Shown: positions 18,707-27,713 of the stretch, piece by piece | Numbering within the stretch: position 1 is the first letter of the stretch | Layout of the letters: every line of letters begins with the position of its first letter | Assembly (NCBI GenBank): GCA_025449555.1 | Contig: JANWJD010000057.1 | Coordinates: forward strand, 1-59,757 | DNA from: Chloroflexota bacterium | Lineage (GTDB): Bacteria > Chloroflexota > UBA5177 | Reading direction: 5' to 3' | DNA length: 59,757 bases | Program-made: the position numbers and the translations under genes | Notes under the pieces: model-generated | Seen by the model: only the letters and a program-made list of their open reading frames with translations | Database searches by the model: none | What the model was told of the DNA's origin: nothing

Positions 18707-19462
18707 ATGGACGGCCCGTTGGCATCGGGCGCGAGCAGCGGCTTTCAGGAACAGGGTCAGGCTTGGGACCCTCTTCGACCCGATATCGTTGACCTCTTGA
18801 CGATCGCCGAACAGGTCGAAATCGAGCCGATCTACTACGGCAGCAATCACACATTTCTCGTCTCGCTGGAGTGTGACCAGGCAGGACGAAGCCTCGCCGT
18901 ATACAAGCCGGCGCGCGGCGAGTACCCACTGTACGACTTCCCAAATGGAACCCTGTACCGGCGGGAGATTGCCAGCTGGGTAGTCAACGACATACTGGGG
19001 TGGAACGTGATTCCGCCCACGGTGAACAGCCATGGCGCGTACGGCGTCGGGTCACTCCAGCTCTTCATTGAGGGACACCAGAGCGGTGAGATAGCGTTGC
19101 AGGAGCTCCGCCGGCTGTGCCTGCTGGATGTCCTGTACAACAACGCCGATCGAAAGGCCGAGCACTGCCTCGTGGGTGACAGAGGGAAACTGTGGGGGAT
19201 CGACCACGGCCTCACATTTAACTATCAGCCGAAACTGCGGACGGTGCTGTGGCACTTTGCGGGATCACGGATCGCGGCTGACGATTTCGCCGATCTCAAG
19301 CGGCTGCGAATTGCCCTGGGTCGGAATGATGAAGCAGCTTCGAGCTTGCGAAACCTGCTTTCAAAACGCGAATGGGGTGCGCTCCTGGGGAGACTGGATC
19401 GATTGATCGCCGATGGATGTTTCCCTGATCCCCGCTACAAAGCGGTGCCGTATCGCTGGTAG
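18707..19462 (+). CDS. SCO1664-family protein (PI3/4-kinase-like fold)
   Basis: VYKP..GE.PL.DFP.GTL..RE.A, GSLQLF, YNNADRK..H, GIDHGLTF; ATG 18707 after GGAGGG (ORF track starts at 18683). Confidence 0.85.
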   Translation: MDGPLASGASSGFQEQGQAWDPLRPDIVDLLTIAEQVEIEPIYYGSNHTFLVSLECDQAGRSLAVYKPARGEYPLYDFPNGTLYRREIASWVVNDILGWNVIPPTVNSHGAYGVGSLQLFIEGHQSGEIALQELRRLCLLDVLYNNADRKAEHCLVGDRGKLWGIDHGLTFNYQPKLRTVLWHFAGSRIAADDFADLKRLRIALGRNDEAASSLRNLLSKREWGALLGRLDRLIADGCFPDPRYKAVPYRW

Positions 19463-19501
19463 GTGCGATTCGCGTCCCACAACCGCCCCCTATAATCAAA
19501 T

Positions 19502-20008
19502 GTGAATGACCGACGCTTGGACCTGGGGCCGGTTGACAGAGTGCGTGCTGAATCGTTTGGAGATCCCGGCCAACGCACCTTTCGTCTCCTCGCGCAAGCT
19601 GGCGAAGGGACTGTTTCATTGTGGCTTGAAAAACAGCAACTTGCGATGCTGGGGGCAGCTCTGGAGGATTTGCTCGAGCGGACTCCGCACCAGAGCGAAG
19701 CGTCCGTTTCCGAGCCTGATAGCTCCGTGTTCGTCGGAGAACTGGAAGTGCACGTGGGTTCTCTGGCTGTCGGCTACGACCCGGAAGGGGCGGGATTCTC
19801 GCTGGAAGCCGCAGACTTCACTTCAGCCCTCGGCCTGAGCAGCATCATTCTCAATGCTCGGCGAGACCAGTTCGCCTCCCTCGAGCAGGAAATATCCGAA
19901 ATCGTGTCTCAAAGTCGGCCCAGGTGTCCACTGTGCGGCCAACCTCTCACCGCGGATCCGCATTTTTGTCCCGAGTCAAACGGCCATGCTCGAGTCGGCG
20001 AAGTCTGA
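19502..20008 (+). CDS. DUF3090-family protein
   Basis: G.PGQRTF.L, WLEKQQL..L, C-terminal SRPRCPLCGQP...HFCP..NGH. Confidence 0.85.
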   Translation: MNDRRLDLGPVDRVRAESFGDPGQRTFRLLAQAGEGTVSLWLEKQQLAMLGAALEDLLERTPHQSEASVSEPDSSVFVGELEVHVGSLAVGYDPEGAGFSLEAADFTSALGLSSIILNARRDQFASLEQEISEIVSQSRPRCPLCGQPLTADPHFCPESNGHARVGEV

Positions 20009-20092
20009 CCGGCCAGGTCAGCTTCGAATGCCGGTGGCCGTAGATCGGAGCGCTCGGCAGTCACATGTTCATAAACGACGGAGGAGGATCCG

Positions 20093-20296
20093 ATGAGTTG
20101 GGAAATAAAAGTCTGGCACGAAGAAGCCGGCGAACGAGTGCGAATGGCAATTGAGGCGACGCCCAATGTGCCGGACGAAGTGGTGTCGACCGTGGCAAGC
20201 GCATACTGGCTGGAACAGATACAGGTCATGTCTGAGAACTGGGAAGATGCCGAACCCGTTGGGCCCGCCCCGACCGGTCTAGGTCTGCACGGTTAG
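20093..20296 (+). CDS. Small acidic hypothetical protein (67 aa)
   Basis: Perfect SD GGAGGAGG 5 nt before ATG; fills the intergenic gap; no recognised motif. Confidence 0.65.
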   Translation: MSWEIKVWHEEAGERVRMAIEATPNVPDEVVSTVASAYWLEQIQVMSENWEDAEPVGPAPTGLGLHG

Positions 20297-20368
20297 ACAG
20301 CTGGTTCGATTGGACCTCTATTCCCGCGCATCGAACTCTCGCTTGCTCGCGTCTGCCTGAACGCTCGC

Positions 20369-21472
20369 ATGGTCGAAGCGCATCGTCAGCAGTTTTTGCT
20401 GCCCGTGGCATACTGGCCCGCTCGAACCGCGACCTACTGGTGGGATGATTTTCGGCACGACGAGGTCGTGCGGGACTTCAACCTGGCGTCGGCCGCCGGT
20501 GTCTCCCACCTGCAGATCGCCGTCCCGTGGGAAGTCAGTCAGCCGCACTCGGATCGCGTGTCGTTGTCCCTGATGCGCGATCTCGATAGCGTGCTGCGAC
20601 TTGCGTCGGATGCGGGCATCCGTTGTATTACGTCGATCGCCGTGGCATCGATCTTCGAAGTGTTGACTCTGCCCCACTGGTTTTACGAACTCACAGCGGA
20701 CGAGCGCGAGCGTCCTGTACGGGTGATGCGACGCCTCTTCGAAGATTCCCTGGTGGTGCGAGGTACCGGCCGGTTGGTCGGTGAAGTGACCGAAGAGTTC
20801 GGCGATCACCCCGCGATTGAGGGCTGGATTGTTGGCGACGGCATGCTATCCGCCTCTCCGCCTCGCTCGGCCGAACACATCGATCAGTGGCTGGACCGAA
20901 TCGCTCCGGTCGTGCATCGTCACGGCCGCAGGATTTGGCACGGGGTGTCGGCCCGGGATGTTGCGCTGCTCCGATCGTTTCGGCCGCGCAGCCTGGCGGA
21001 GTCCGGTTTCGGGTTGATGGTGCACGTCGACTGGAAGCCCGGGTGGGCCCATGACACCCGGCGCTGGACGTCATTTCTCACGTCCTACGTTCGGGCGCTG
21101 GGAGGCTTGGCACCGCTTCTAGTCGGGACCGCCCGATATTCGGTCCCGGCGAGACACGCGCCGGAGGAGACGGTCATTGGTACGGTTCGTGACCTCGGCG
21201 CGGCCGGCGCGGCCGGTCTCATCTGGCCCGCGCTACTCGACTATGATCCCGACCTGCGCAGCCGATCCCCTTTCAACTCTGCACCGCACGAACTCACGCG
21301 CGGTTTGTTGTCGGTGCGCGAGGGACTGTCGCCATCTGCCCTTGCCTGGCTCCACGTCTCAGCCGGCCTCGGTTCAGTGGAAGCTCCCGTCTGGCTGCAA
21401 CTCGACGACGAATTGAGGGCGAGAGATCCGGAGGGATTCATGCGGCTGGCATACAACGAGTTTGTCGCCTAG
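20369..21472 (+). CDS. GH5/clan-A-like TIM-barrel protein, probably catalytically inactive
   Basis: YWP....YWWDDF..DEV..DF, HPAI.GW and C-terminal W..L.DY...L...P pattern of GH5-like proteins; the NE and EFG catalytic motifs are replaced. Confidence 0.65.
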   Translation: MVEAHRQQFLLPVAYWPARTATYWWDDFRHDEVVRDFNLASAAGVSHLQIAVPWEVSQPHSDRVSLSLMRDLDSVLRLASDAGIRCITSIAVASIFEVLTLPHWFYELTADERERPVRVMRRLFEDSLVVRGTGRLVGEVTEEFGDHPAIEGWIVGDGMLSASPPRSAEHIDQWLDRIAPVVHRHGRRIWHGVSARDVALLRSFRPRSLAESGFGLMVHVDWKPGWAHDTRRWTSFLTSYVRALGGLAPLLVGTARYSVPARHAPEETVIGTVRDLGAAGAAGLIWPALLDYDPDLRSRSPFNSAPHELTRGLLSVREGLSPSALAWLHVSAGLGSVEAPVWLQLDDELRARDPEGFMRLAYNEFVA

Positions 21473-21493
21473 GCGCCGACGGCTGCCTGTGCG

Positions 21494-21925
21494 TTATCCG
21501 CCTGGAGATCGGGCTTGTTGCAAGTTCTGATTCGAACCGAGAATCTCCGCGTCACTGCGTGCCATATCCACATAACTCATGCTCCTGGCGCCAAGGGCAC
21601 AGTCGGAGAATCCCTGACGTGCGTTGAGATACGCGGCTTGCAGATCGTGGCGAACTCTTAGATCCTTGCCCGGGCCCGGGGCTGCTGCCAACAGGCTCGA
21701 TCCTTTCAAGTCGGCCAGGGCCTGCGCACACGCCTTACCGGTCGAGGCCACGTCAGTCGGTGCAGCCGCGTCGTACGACGAGAGTACGGAACGCAAATTG
21801 TCAATCGCTCCCTGTTCGGTTGATGACGGGCTATTCGAGCCGCAGGCCGTCATCATCACGGCACAACTCAGCAGAAGGGCGAACCTCAGCCCTCGCGCCA
21901 CACGGCCCACGTCAGGCGAGCTCAC
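21494..21925 (-). CDS. Putative lipoprotein, helical, unknown function
   Basis: Basic N-region, hydrophobic core, lipobox-like MTAC followed by GSNSPSS; start overlaps the ispE 3' end. Confidence 0.6.
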   Translation of the reverse strand: MSSPDVGRVARGLRFALLLSCAVMMTACGSNSPSSTEQGAIDNLRSVLSSYDAAAPTDVASTGKACAQALADLKGSSLLAAAPGPGKDLRVRHDLQAAYLNARQGFSDCALGARSMSYVDMARSDAEILGSNQNLQQARSPGG

Positions 21926-22754
21926 AGGCCACCGAGCAGGCGACCGCGGTCCATCGCCCGGCCCCTTTGGCGGCCTCGGTCACGCGCTGCGCCTCCGTCT
22001 GGCTGCCGCACAGTGCACCGATCGTCGGACCGCTGCCCGTCATAAATGCACGCCCGGGCGCCGCTCTATCCACATCCGAGAAGCAAGCACGTGCCTCAGG
22101 ATACCGAAGGAAAACCGCACGTTGCAGACCGTTCAGGCCCAACGTCACCGTCGCGCTCTCGCAGATGCGAGTTGCCACCTCATGTGTGACCGATCCGTCG
22201 GTCCAATCGTCGGGGGATAACAGTCCGAAAATATCACTCGTCGAGACCGAAACGGCTGGTTTGACCAGCGCATACCACGCGGATTCAGGTTCGGGAAGGG
22301 GATAGACGTACTCACCTCGGCCCGTCACCAGCGACGTACCGCCGTACAGAAAGAAAGGCACATCTGACCCGAGTCGTGCCGCGATTTCCACCAGTTGTTG
22401 CAGCGAGAGATTCAGTGCCCACCGATCGTTGAGGAACGTGAGGGTTGCAGCGGCGTCGCTGCTTCCTCCTCCCAACCCCGCAGCGTGCGGGATCGCTTTG
22501 TGCAGTACAAGACTACCGCCTGGACGAGTCGGCGCCAATTGTTGCACGAGGTCTGCCGCCCTTTTGACCAGATTGTCGTCGCCATTGAGGACTGGATCGG
22601 ATGCGGAAAACCGGAGATTGACGTCGTCTTCAAATTCAATTTCATCCCAAAGACTGACGGTTTGAATGACGGACGAGAGGTCGTGATACCCGTCGGATCT
22701 TTTCCCCAGGACTTCGAGCGACAGGTTGACCTTGGCGTAGGCGCGAAATCGCAC
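21912..22754 (-). CDS. ispE: 4-diphosphocytidyl-2-C-methyl-D-erythritol kinase
   Basis: AKVNLSL, DGYHDL, IPHAAGLGGGSSDAA, GSDVPFF, MTGSGPT. Confidence 0.95.
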   Translation of the reverse strand: MRFRAYAKVNLSLEVLGKRSDGYHDLSSVIQTVSLWDEIEFEDDVNLRFSASDPVLNGDDNLVKRAADLVQQLAPTRPGGSLVLHKAIPHAAGLGGGSSDAAATLTFLNDRWALNLSLQQLVEIAARLGSDVPFFLYGGTSLVTGRGEYVYPLPEPESAWYALVKPAVSVSTSDIFGLLSPDDWTDGSVTHEVATRICESATVTLGLNGLQRAVFLRYPEARACFSDVDRAAPGRAFMTGSGPTIGALCGSQTEAQRVTEAAKGAGRWTAVACSVACELA

Positions 22755-22758
22755 AGGT

Positions 22759-23523
22759 CTAACTATTCCGCTCGAAAATAATCCGGAGCCCGACCAGTGT
22801 CAGATCAACATCGATATGGTGCACGCTTTTGGCCAGAGGTGAGACCGTAGTCGCCAGTCCACCGGTTGCAATCACCTTTACGTCGCCTCCCAATTCCATC
22901 GAGATACGGTGCACCATGCCGTCGACCAGGCCCGCGTATCCAAAGAGAATCCCCGATTGCAGGCTTGCGACGGTTGAGGTGCCAATGGCGGAAGACGGCG
23001 GATGAAGCGCCACTCTAGGAAGCTGCGCAGTTTGCGACAACAACGCATCTTCGGAAATTTCAAGGCCCGGTGCAATGGCTCCGCCCAGGTACTCGCCACG
23101 GGCGGAGATGACGTCGAAGGTGGTAGCAGTGCCGAAGTCCACGACCACCGCCGGCGTGCCATACAGTTCAATGGCGGCAATGGCATTGGCGAGACGGTCT
23201 GCTCCGACTGCGGTCGGCGGTTCATAACAAACCTGAATGCCCAAGTCGAGCTCGTGTGATACCGTCATGGCCTCAATGTGCCAGTACTGTTCGAGTGCCT
23301 GGTTCAGAGTCTGGAGTGCCGCCGGCACGACACTGGCGATGATCACGCCGTCGACTCGGTCGAGCTCGATGTTCGCGGCTTGAAACAACGATCGCAACAA
23401 AACAGCGTATTCGTCTGCGGTGCGCCGTGCTTCAGTGGTGAGACGCCAGCGCGCAATCAACGCATTATCGACGAACACGCCTGCCACGATGTTGGTATTT
23501 CCGACGTCGAGTGCCAGCAGCAT
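22759..23523 (-). CDS. coaX: Type III pantothenate kinase
   Basis: LDVGNTNI, VGADR, VVDFGTATT, GGAIAPG; start corrected to ATG 23523. Confidence 0.95.
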   Translation of the reverse strand: MLLALDVGNTNIVAGVFVDNALIARWRLTTEARRTADEYAVLLRSLFQAANIELDRVDGVIIASVVPAALQTLNQALEQYWHIEAMTVSHELDLGIQVCYEPPTAVGADRLANAIAAIELYGTPAVVVDFGTATTFDVISARGEYLGGAIAPGLEISEDALLSQTAQLPRVALHPPSSAIGTSTVASLQSGILFGYAGLVDGMVHRISMELGGDVKVIATGGLATTVSPLAKSVHHIDVDLTLVGLRIIFERNS

Positions 23524-23579
23524 GAACTCTCTCAAACGGGTGCTACCATTGGTCCAGCCTATCATTCACCCGGAGAGAC

Positions 23580-23840
23580 ATGTTCATCATCGGAGTGCTC
23601 ATCGGACCCGCCCTGGCCATCCTGGTGGCTGATGTAGTACTGAAGCCGGGTCAGATCCAGCTCCGCTGGACGTGGGTCGCGGTAGCGGCTCTTATGGTGC
23701 TTATTGTCGTCATGCCGTTTTTCGTGGCCGAGTTGAAGTTCGGTCTCATCATCGGCTTGCCGCTCGGCCTACTCCTGGCTGCTACACCGATAGCTCTGCT
23801 GCCGGTCGAACGCACATCCGGGCCCGGAACACGGTTCTAA
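23580..23840 (+). CDS. Small multi-TM hypothetical membrane protein
   Basis: 86 aa, three hydrophobic segments, GGAGAG SD. Confidence 0.6.
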   Translation: MFIIGVLIGPALAILVADVVLKPGQIQLRWTWVAVAALMVLIVVMPFFVAELKFGLIIGLPLGLLLAATPIALLPVERTSGPGTRF

Positions 23841-23920
23841 CTGGTTGACGCCCACAGTGGTTCTGACTGCATTGGCCCGCGTCCACTCCCTCAATTCTTG
23901 TGTCCAGGAGTCAGCTATCG

Positions 23921-24706
23921 ATGGACGTCCTCACTGAGCCGCGCGTCTACCTTGTAGGCCGTACGAGTATCGACCAGGCAGCGGTCGACCAGTTCTTATC
24001 GGACGAAAGCACGGCGTGGGCAACTGATACCGACAATGGGTCCGAACTGATCTCGGAACTGGCCGGACGCGTTTGTTATCTCTCGTTCGGCGAAAAGCAA
24101 GGCCGGCGGTCCAATCGGGATTATCTGACGAATATCATTGCCATGGAGCACGGCAGCGTGCTCGAGCACTCCGCCTGGAATTTTATCGTGACTGGTGTGT
24201 CCCGTTCCTTCTCGCACGAACTCATTCGTCACCGAGCCGGCTGGGGCTATAGCCAGCTCAGCCAGCGATACGTCGACGAGTCAACCGCGAATTTCGTCGA
24301 GCCGGATATTATCGCGTCGAGCCAGGCATTGCACGATATCTGGTTCGAGGCCGTGCGATCGTCGCATGAGGCATATCGCCGCCTTGCCGAGGGCCTGGCC
24401 GAACTGATCGACCGGGAGTTTCCGGAACTGCCGCGACGCGACAAGCGAAAGCGGGCCAGGGAGGCCGCTCGCAGCGTCTTGCCGAACGCCACCGAGACCA
24501 AGATTTTTATGACCGCCAATGCCCGTGCGCTGCGGCATTTCATCGAATATCGCGGTGCCCCTGATGCCGAGCCGGAAATACGGAGGGTAGCGGTAGCATT
24601 GCTGGAAGTGATGCGGATCGAGGCCCCATCCATCTTTGGAGACTACGAAACCACGCTCCTGCCCGACGGCTCGATCGCAGCCGGCACGGTGCACAAGAAG
24701 GTGTAA
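23921..24706 (+). CDS. thyX: FAD-dependent thymidylate synthase
   Basis: AGRVCYLS, HGSVLEH, ThyX motif RHR...SQLSQRY, AREAARSVLP, EIRRVA; ATG 23921 after AGGAG. Confidence 0.95.
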   Translation: MDVLTEPRVYLVGRTSIDQAAVDQFLSDESTAWATDTDNGSELISELAGRVCYLSFGEKQGRRSNRDYLTNIIAMEHGSVLEHSAWNFIVTGVSRSFSHELIRHRAGWGYSQLSQRYVDESTANFVEPDIIASSQALHDIWFEAVRSSHEAYRRLAEGLAELIDREFPELPRRDKRKRAREAARSVLPNATETKIFMTANARALRHFIEYRGAPDAEPEIRRVAVALLEVMRIEAPSIFGDYETTLLPDGSIAAGTVHKKV

Positions 24707-24713
24707 CCGCGCC

Positions 24714-25742
24714 TCAAAAGTGGGACCATCCGCCGGGAGGAAGCTCCGCACGCTCCCCCGACTCAGTCACGAGAGTGACGCCTTCCTCCGCTGCGACCAC
24801 CTCCCCGATGACCGTCAACGGGACATCACCCATGGCTGCCTTTGCTGCAGGCAGGTCTTGCGGCGGCAGAGCCATGAGCAATTCATAGTCTTCTCCCCCC
24901 GACAGGGCCAGGGAAACCGGCGCCAGGCCGAGCGCATCGGCGACGGTGCGCGTCTGAGGGGCGATCGGCAGTCGATCCTGGTAAATCACAACTCCCACAC
25001 CGCTTGCACGGCAGAAGTGGCGAATGTCCCCCGCCAGTCCGTCGCTCAGGTCCAGCATGGCGCGCGGAATGTGAGCCGCTGCCAATCGTCGCGCCGGCGT
25101 CACGCGACAGGCAGGAACAGATGGTAACTCGTCCGCCCGGGCGACCATCGCCGGATCACTTTTCGTTCCACGTGAACCGGCCAATCGCCGGGCGGACGCG
25201 CCGCCCAGGCTTCCAGTGACCGCCAGGATATCGCCCGGTTGCGCGCCAGAACGCAGCACTACTTCGTCTCGCGGGACGCGTCCCAATACCGTAACGTCAA
25301 TGCAGATGGGCCCGCCAGTGCTCGTCACGTTTCCTCCGACTATTCCAGTCCCGGTGAGACCGGCCTCGTGGCCCAGGCCCTCATACAATCGATCGACGAA
25401 GGCGGTGGGACAGTTCGGTGGTAGAGCGAGCGATACGAGGGCATAGGTCGGTTCGCCCCCCATGGCCGCAATATCGCTGACGTTGATGGCGAGCGCTCGT
25501 CTCCCGATGACAAAGGGATCGATCTCTGTGCGTTCGAAGTGCACGCCCTCCACCATCATGTCGACCGTGGCCAGCGCGTAGTAGGGACAGCCAAGGTCAA
25601 GCACGGCCGCATCATCACCGATGCCGACGACGGCAGCAGAATCAGCGATCTCGCCCGCCAGCCGGTCGATCAATCCGAACTCTCCAATTTCCTGCAGGGA
25701 TTGAGGATTCGGTTGAGTCTCTTCCCCCGTGCCGGAGTTCAC
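24714..25742 (-). CDS. thiL: Thiamine-monophosphate kinase
   Basis: GEFGLI, GIGDDAA, VEGVHF, NVSDIAAMGG, DLSDGL, GGEDYEL; start uncertain (GTG 25742 chosen). Confidence 0.93.
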   Translation of the reverse strand: MNSGTGEETQPNPQSLQEIGEFGLIDRLAGEIADSAAVVGIGDDAAVLDLGCPYYALATVDMMVEGVHFERTEIDPFVIGRRALAINVSDIAAMGGEPTYALVSLALPPNCPTAFVDRLYEGLGHEAGLTGTGIVGGNVTSTGGPICIDVTVLGRVPRDEVVLRSGAQPGDILAVTGSLGGASARRLAGSRGTKSDPAMVARADELPSVPACRVTPARRLAAAHIPRAMLDLSDGLAGDIRHFCRASGVGVVIYQDRLPIAPQTRTVADALGLAPVSLALSGGEDYELLMALPPQDLPAAKAAMGDVPLTVIGEVVAAEEGVTLVTESGERAELPPGGWSHF

Positions 25743-25820
25743 GACTGTGGCCCCAAACCAACACCATGCGCGCTTTCCGTTACAGTGTCGGTAAGAAGTC
25801 CTGGGTATGGAGGTGACACG

Positions 25821-26225
25821 ATGAATCGCTCCGAAGTTGAAGGCTTTTTGACGACCCACGGGCGAGTCGTCGTGGCAACGCTCGGCCCGGAAGGTAAGAG
25901 CCAGATGTCGCTGGTACTCGCTGCCTATATGGACGATCAGATCATGTTTACCACGCCCTCGGGCACTCGTAAGGCGCGCAATCTTGCGCGGGATCCGCGG
26001 GTGACCGTCCTGGTGCTCGGAGACAACTTCTGGGATTACCTGACGATCGAAGGTAACGCGACGCTGGTCGGCCTGCCTGAGGCCCAGGGACTACTGCGGA
26101 CGGTGTATGAGCGCATTTCCGGCAAGCCACATCCGGACTGGGACGAGTACGACGAGGCAATGCGCCGGGATGATCGGGTTGTGGTCAAAATCATGCCCGA
26201 ACGAATGTACCCGCTTTCCGAATGA
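25821..26225 (+). CDS. PPOX-class F420-dependent oxidoreductase (split-barrel)
   Basis: VVATLGPEG..Q, K.RNL.RDPRVTV, Y.TIEG.A; perfect SD GGAGGTGA before ATG 25821 (ORF-track start 25539 is spurious). Confidence 0.85.
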   Translation: MNRSEVEGFLTTHGRVVVATLGPEGKSQMSLVLAAYMDDQIMFTTPSGTRKARNLARDPRVTVLVLGDNFWDYLTIEGNATLVGLPEAQGLLRTVYERISGKPHPDWDEYDEAMRRDDRVVVKIMPERMYPLSE

Positions 26226-26260
26226 ACTCTCGCAACAGGGCAAGAGCGAGGGTTCGATCT

Positions 26261-27556
26261 CTAGGGGTAGATTGATCGAGCATTGGAAGCGTCGGCCACG
26301 GTTTGCACCGCAAGAATGTACGCCGCAAGACGCATATCCACACTGTGCATCTCCCTGGCGGCCAGGACGCGGTGAAATGAGTGTCGCATGATCTTATGCA
26401 GCCGCTCGTTGATCTCCTCTTCGGTCCAGAAAAAGTGCTGTAAATCCTGGACCCACTCGAAGTAAGAAACCGTAACGCCGCCGGCATTGGCCAGCACGTC
26501 TGGAATCATAAAGATGCCCTTCTCGTTCAAAACGTCATCGGCTTCCGGCGTCGTCGGGCCGTTTGCGCCTTCGGTTATGATCCTGGCCTGTATGTCCTCC
26601 GCGTTCTCCAACGTGATCTGGTTCTCCATCGCGGCAGGCACCAACACGGTCACGGGCAAGGTCAACAACTGATCGTTGGTGATTCGGTCGGCGTGCGGGA
26701 ATCCCTCGATCGTCCCATGTTCCTGGGTGTATCTGGTGAGGTCGGCAACGTTGATGCCCTTGGGCGCGTAGAGCGCACCGGAGACGTCGCTGACTGCCAC
26801 GATTTTGCATCCCTGCTCCGCCAGCAACCGGGCTGAATTGCTTCCCACGTTGCCGAATCCCTGGACCGCCACCGTCGTCGTGTCTGCGGCGAGACCCAGG
26901 TGTTTCAGCGCCTCCATGGTGACGATCATGACTCCCCGGCCGGTCGCTTCGTCACGCCCCTGACTGCCTCCAATACTCAGGGGCTTGCCGGTGACCACGG
27001 CGGGCACGGAATACCCTTTGTGCATGCTGTACGTGTCCATCATCCAGGCCATGGTTTGGGCGTTTGTACCCATATCGGGCGCCGGGATATCACTCTCCGG
27101 TCCGATCAAAATCGAGAGCTCCGATGTGAACCGGCGAGTCAAATGCTCCAGTTCGATCTGGCTCAAACGCTTGGGGTCGACCACGACTCCGCCTTTTGCG
27201 CCACCAAAAGGAAGGTTGAAGATGGCACACTTCCAGGTCATCCACATGGCAAGCGCTTTGACCTCGTCAAGCGTCACTCCAGGGTGGTACCTGATACCCC
27301 CCTTGGTAGGACCGCGGTGGAGATTGTGCTGGACACGATATCCCGTGAACAGGCGGATCGAGCCGTCGTCCATGTGGACCGGGAAATTGACCGTCAGGAT
27401 CCTCTGCACATCGCGCAGGATCGTGCTAACCGACGGATCGATACTCAGAAATTGGGCAGCGATATCGTACTGCCGCTGAGCAGTTTCGAATGGATTTGGC
27501 CCCTTCGACGCGGCTTTCGAATATACCTGGCCCCGTTGGGCGATTTGCACCCGCAC
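26261..27556 (-). CDS. gdhA: Glu/Leu/Phe/Val dehydrogenase (glutamate dehydrogenase)
   Basis: GPTKGGIRYHP, MTWKC, GGAKGG, DIPAPD, EATGRG, QGFGNVG, EGANGP, ANAGGVTVSYFEW. Confidence 0.92.
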   Translation of the reverse strand: MRVQIAQRGQVYSKAASKGPNPFETAQRQYDIAAQFLSIDPSVSTILRDVQRILTVNFPVHMDDGSIRLFTGYRVQHNLHRGPTKGGIRYHPGVTLDEVKALAMWMTWKCAIFNLPFGGAKGGVVVDPKRLSQIELEHLTRRFTSELSILIGPESDIPAPDMGTNAQTMAWMMDTYSMHKGYSVPAVVTGKPLSIGGSQGRDEATGRGVMIVTMEALKHLGLAADTTTVAVQGFGNVGSNSARLLAEQGCKIVAVSDVSGALYAPKGINVADLTRYTQEHGTIEGFPHADRITNDQLLTLPVTVLVPAAMENQITLENAEDIQARIITEGANGPTTPEADDVLNEKGIFMIPDVLANAGGVTVSYFEWVQDLQHFFWTEEEINERLHKIMRHSFHRVLAAREMHSVDMRLAAYILAVQTVADASNARSIYP

Positions 27557-27713
27557 ACCATACCTTTCCGGCCAAATTGGCCAGCCTGTGGTTAGAGCGA
27601 AACAGGCAATCGGACCGACGCACGGTCACCCATACTATGCATCGCGTCTGTGCATCATATGCAAATCCCGGACCTTACATTCCGGTCACTTGTGCCACAG
27701 ACACAGCGCAACC

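Noticed and set aside
25539-25820. ORF-track extension of the PPOX gene overlapping thiL
   Set aside because: A perfect SD sits before ATG 25821, and the family size fits about 134 aa.
25743-25820. TPP riboswitch upstream of thiL; T-boxes upstream of glyQS and ilvE
   Set aside because: Intergenic regions are short and lack the consensus elements.
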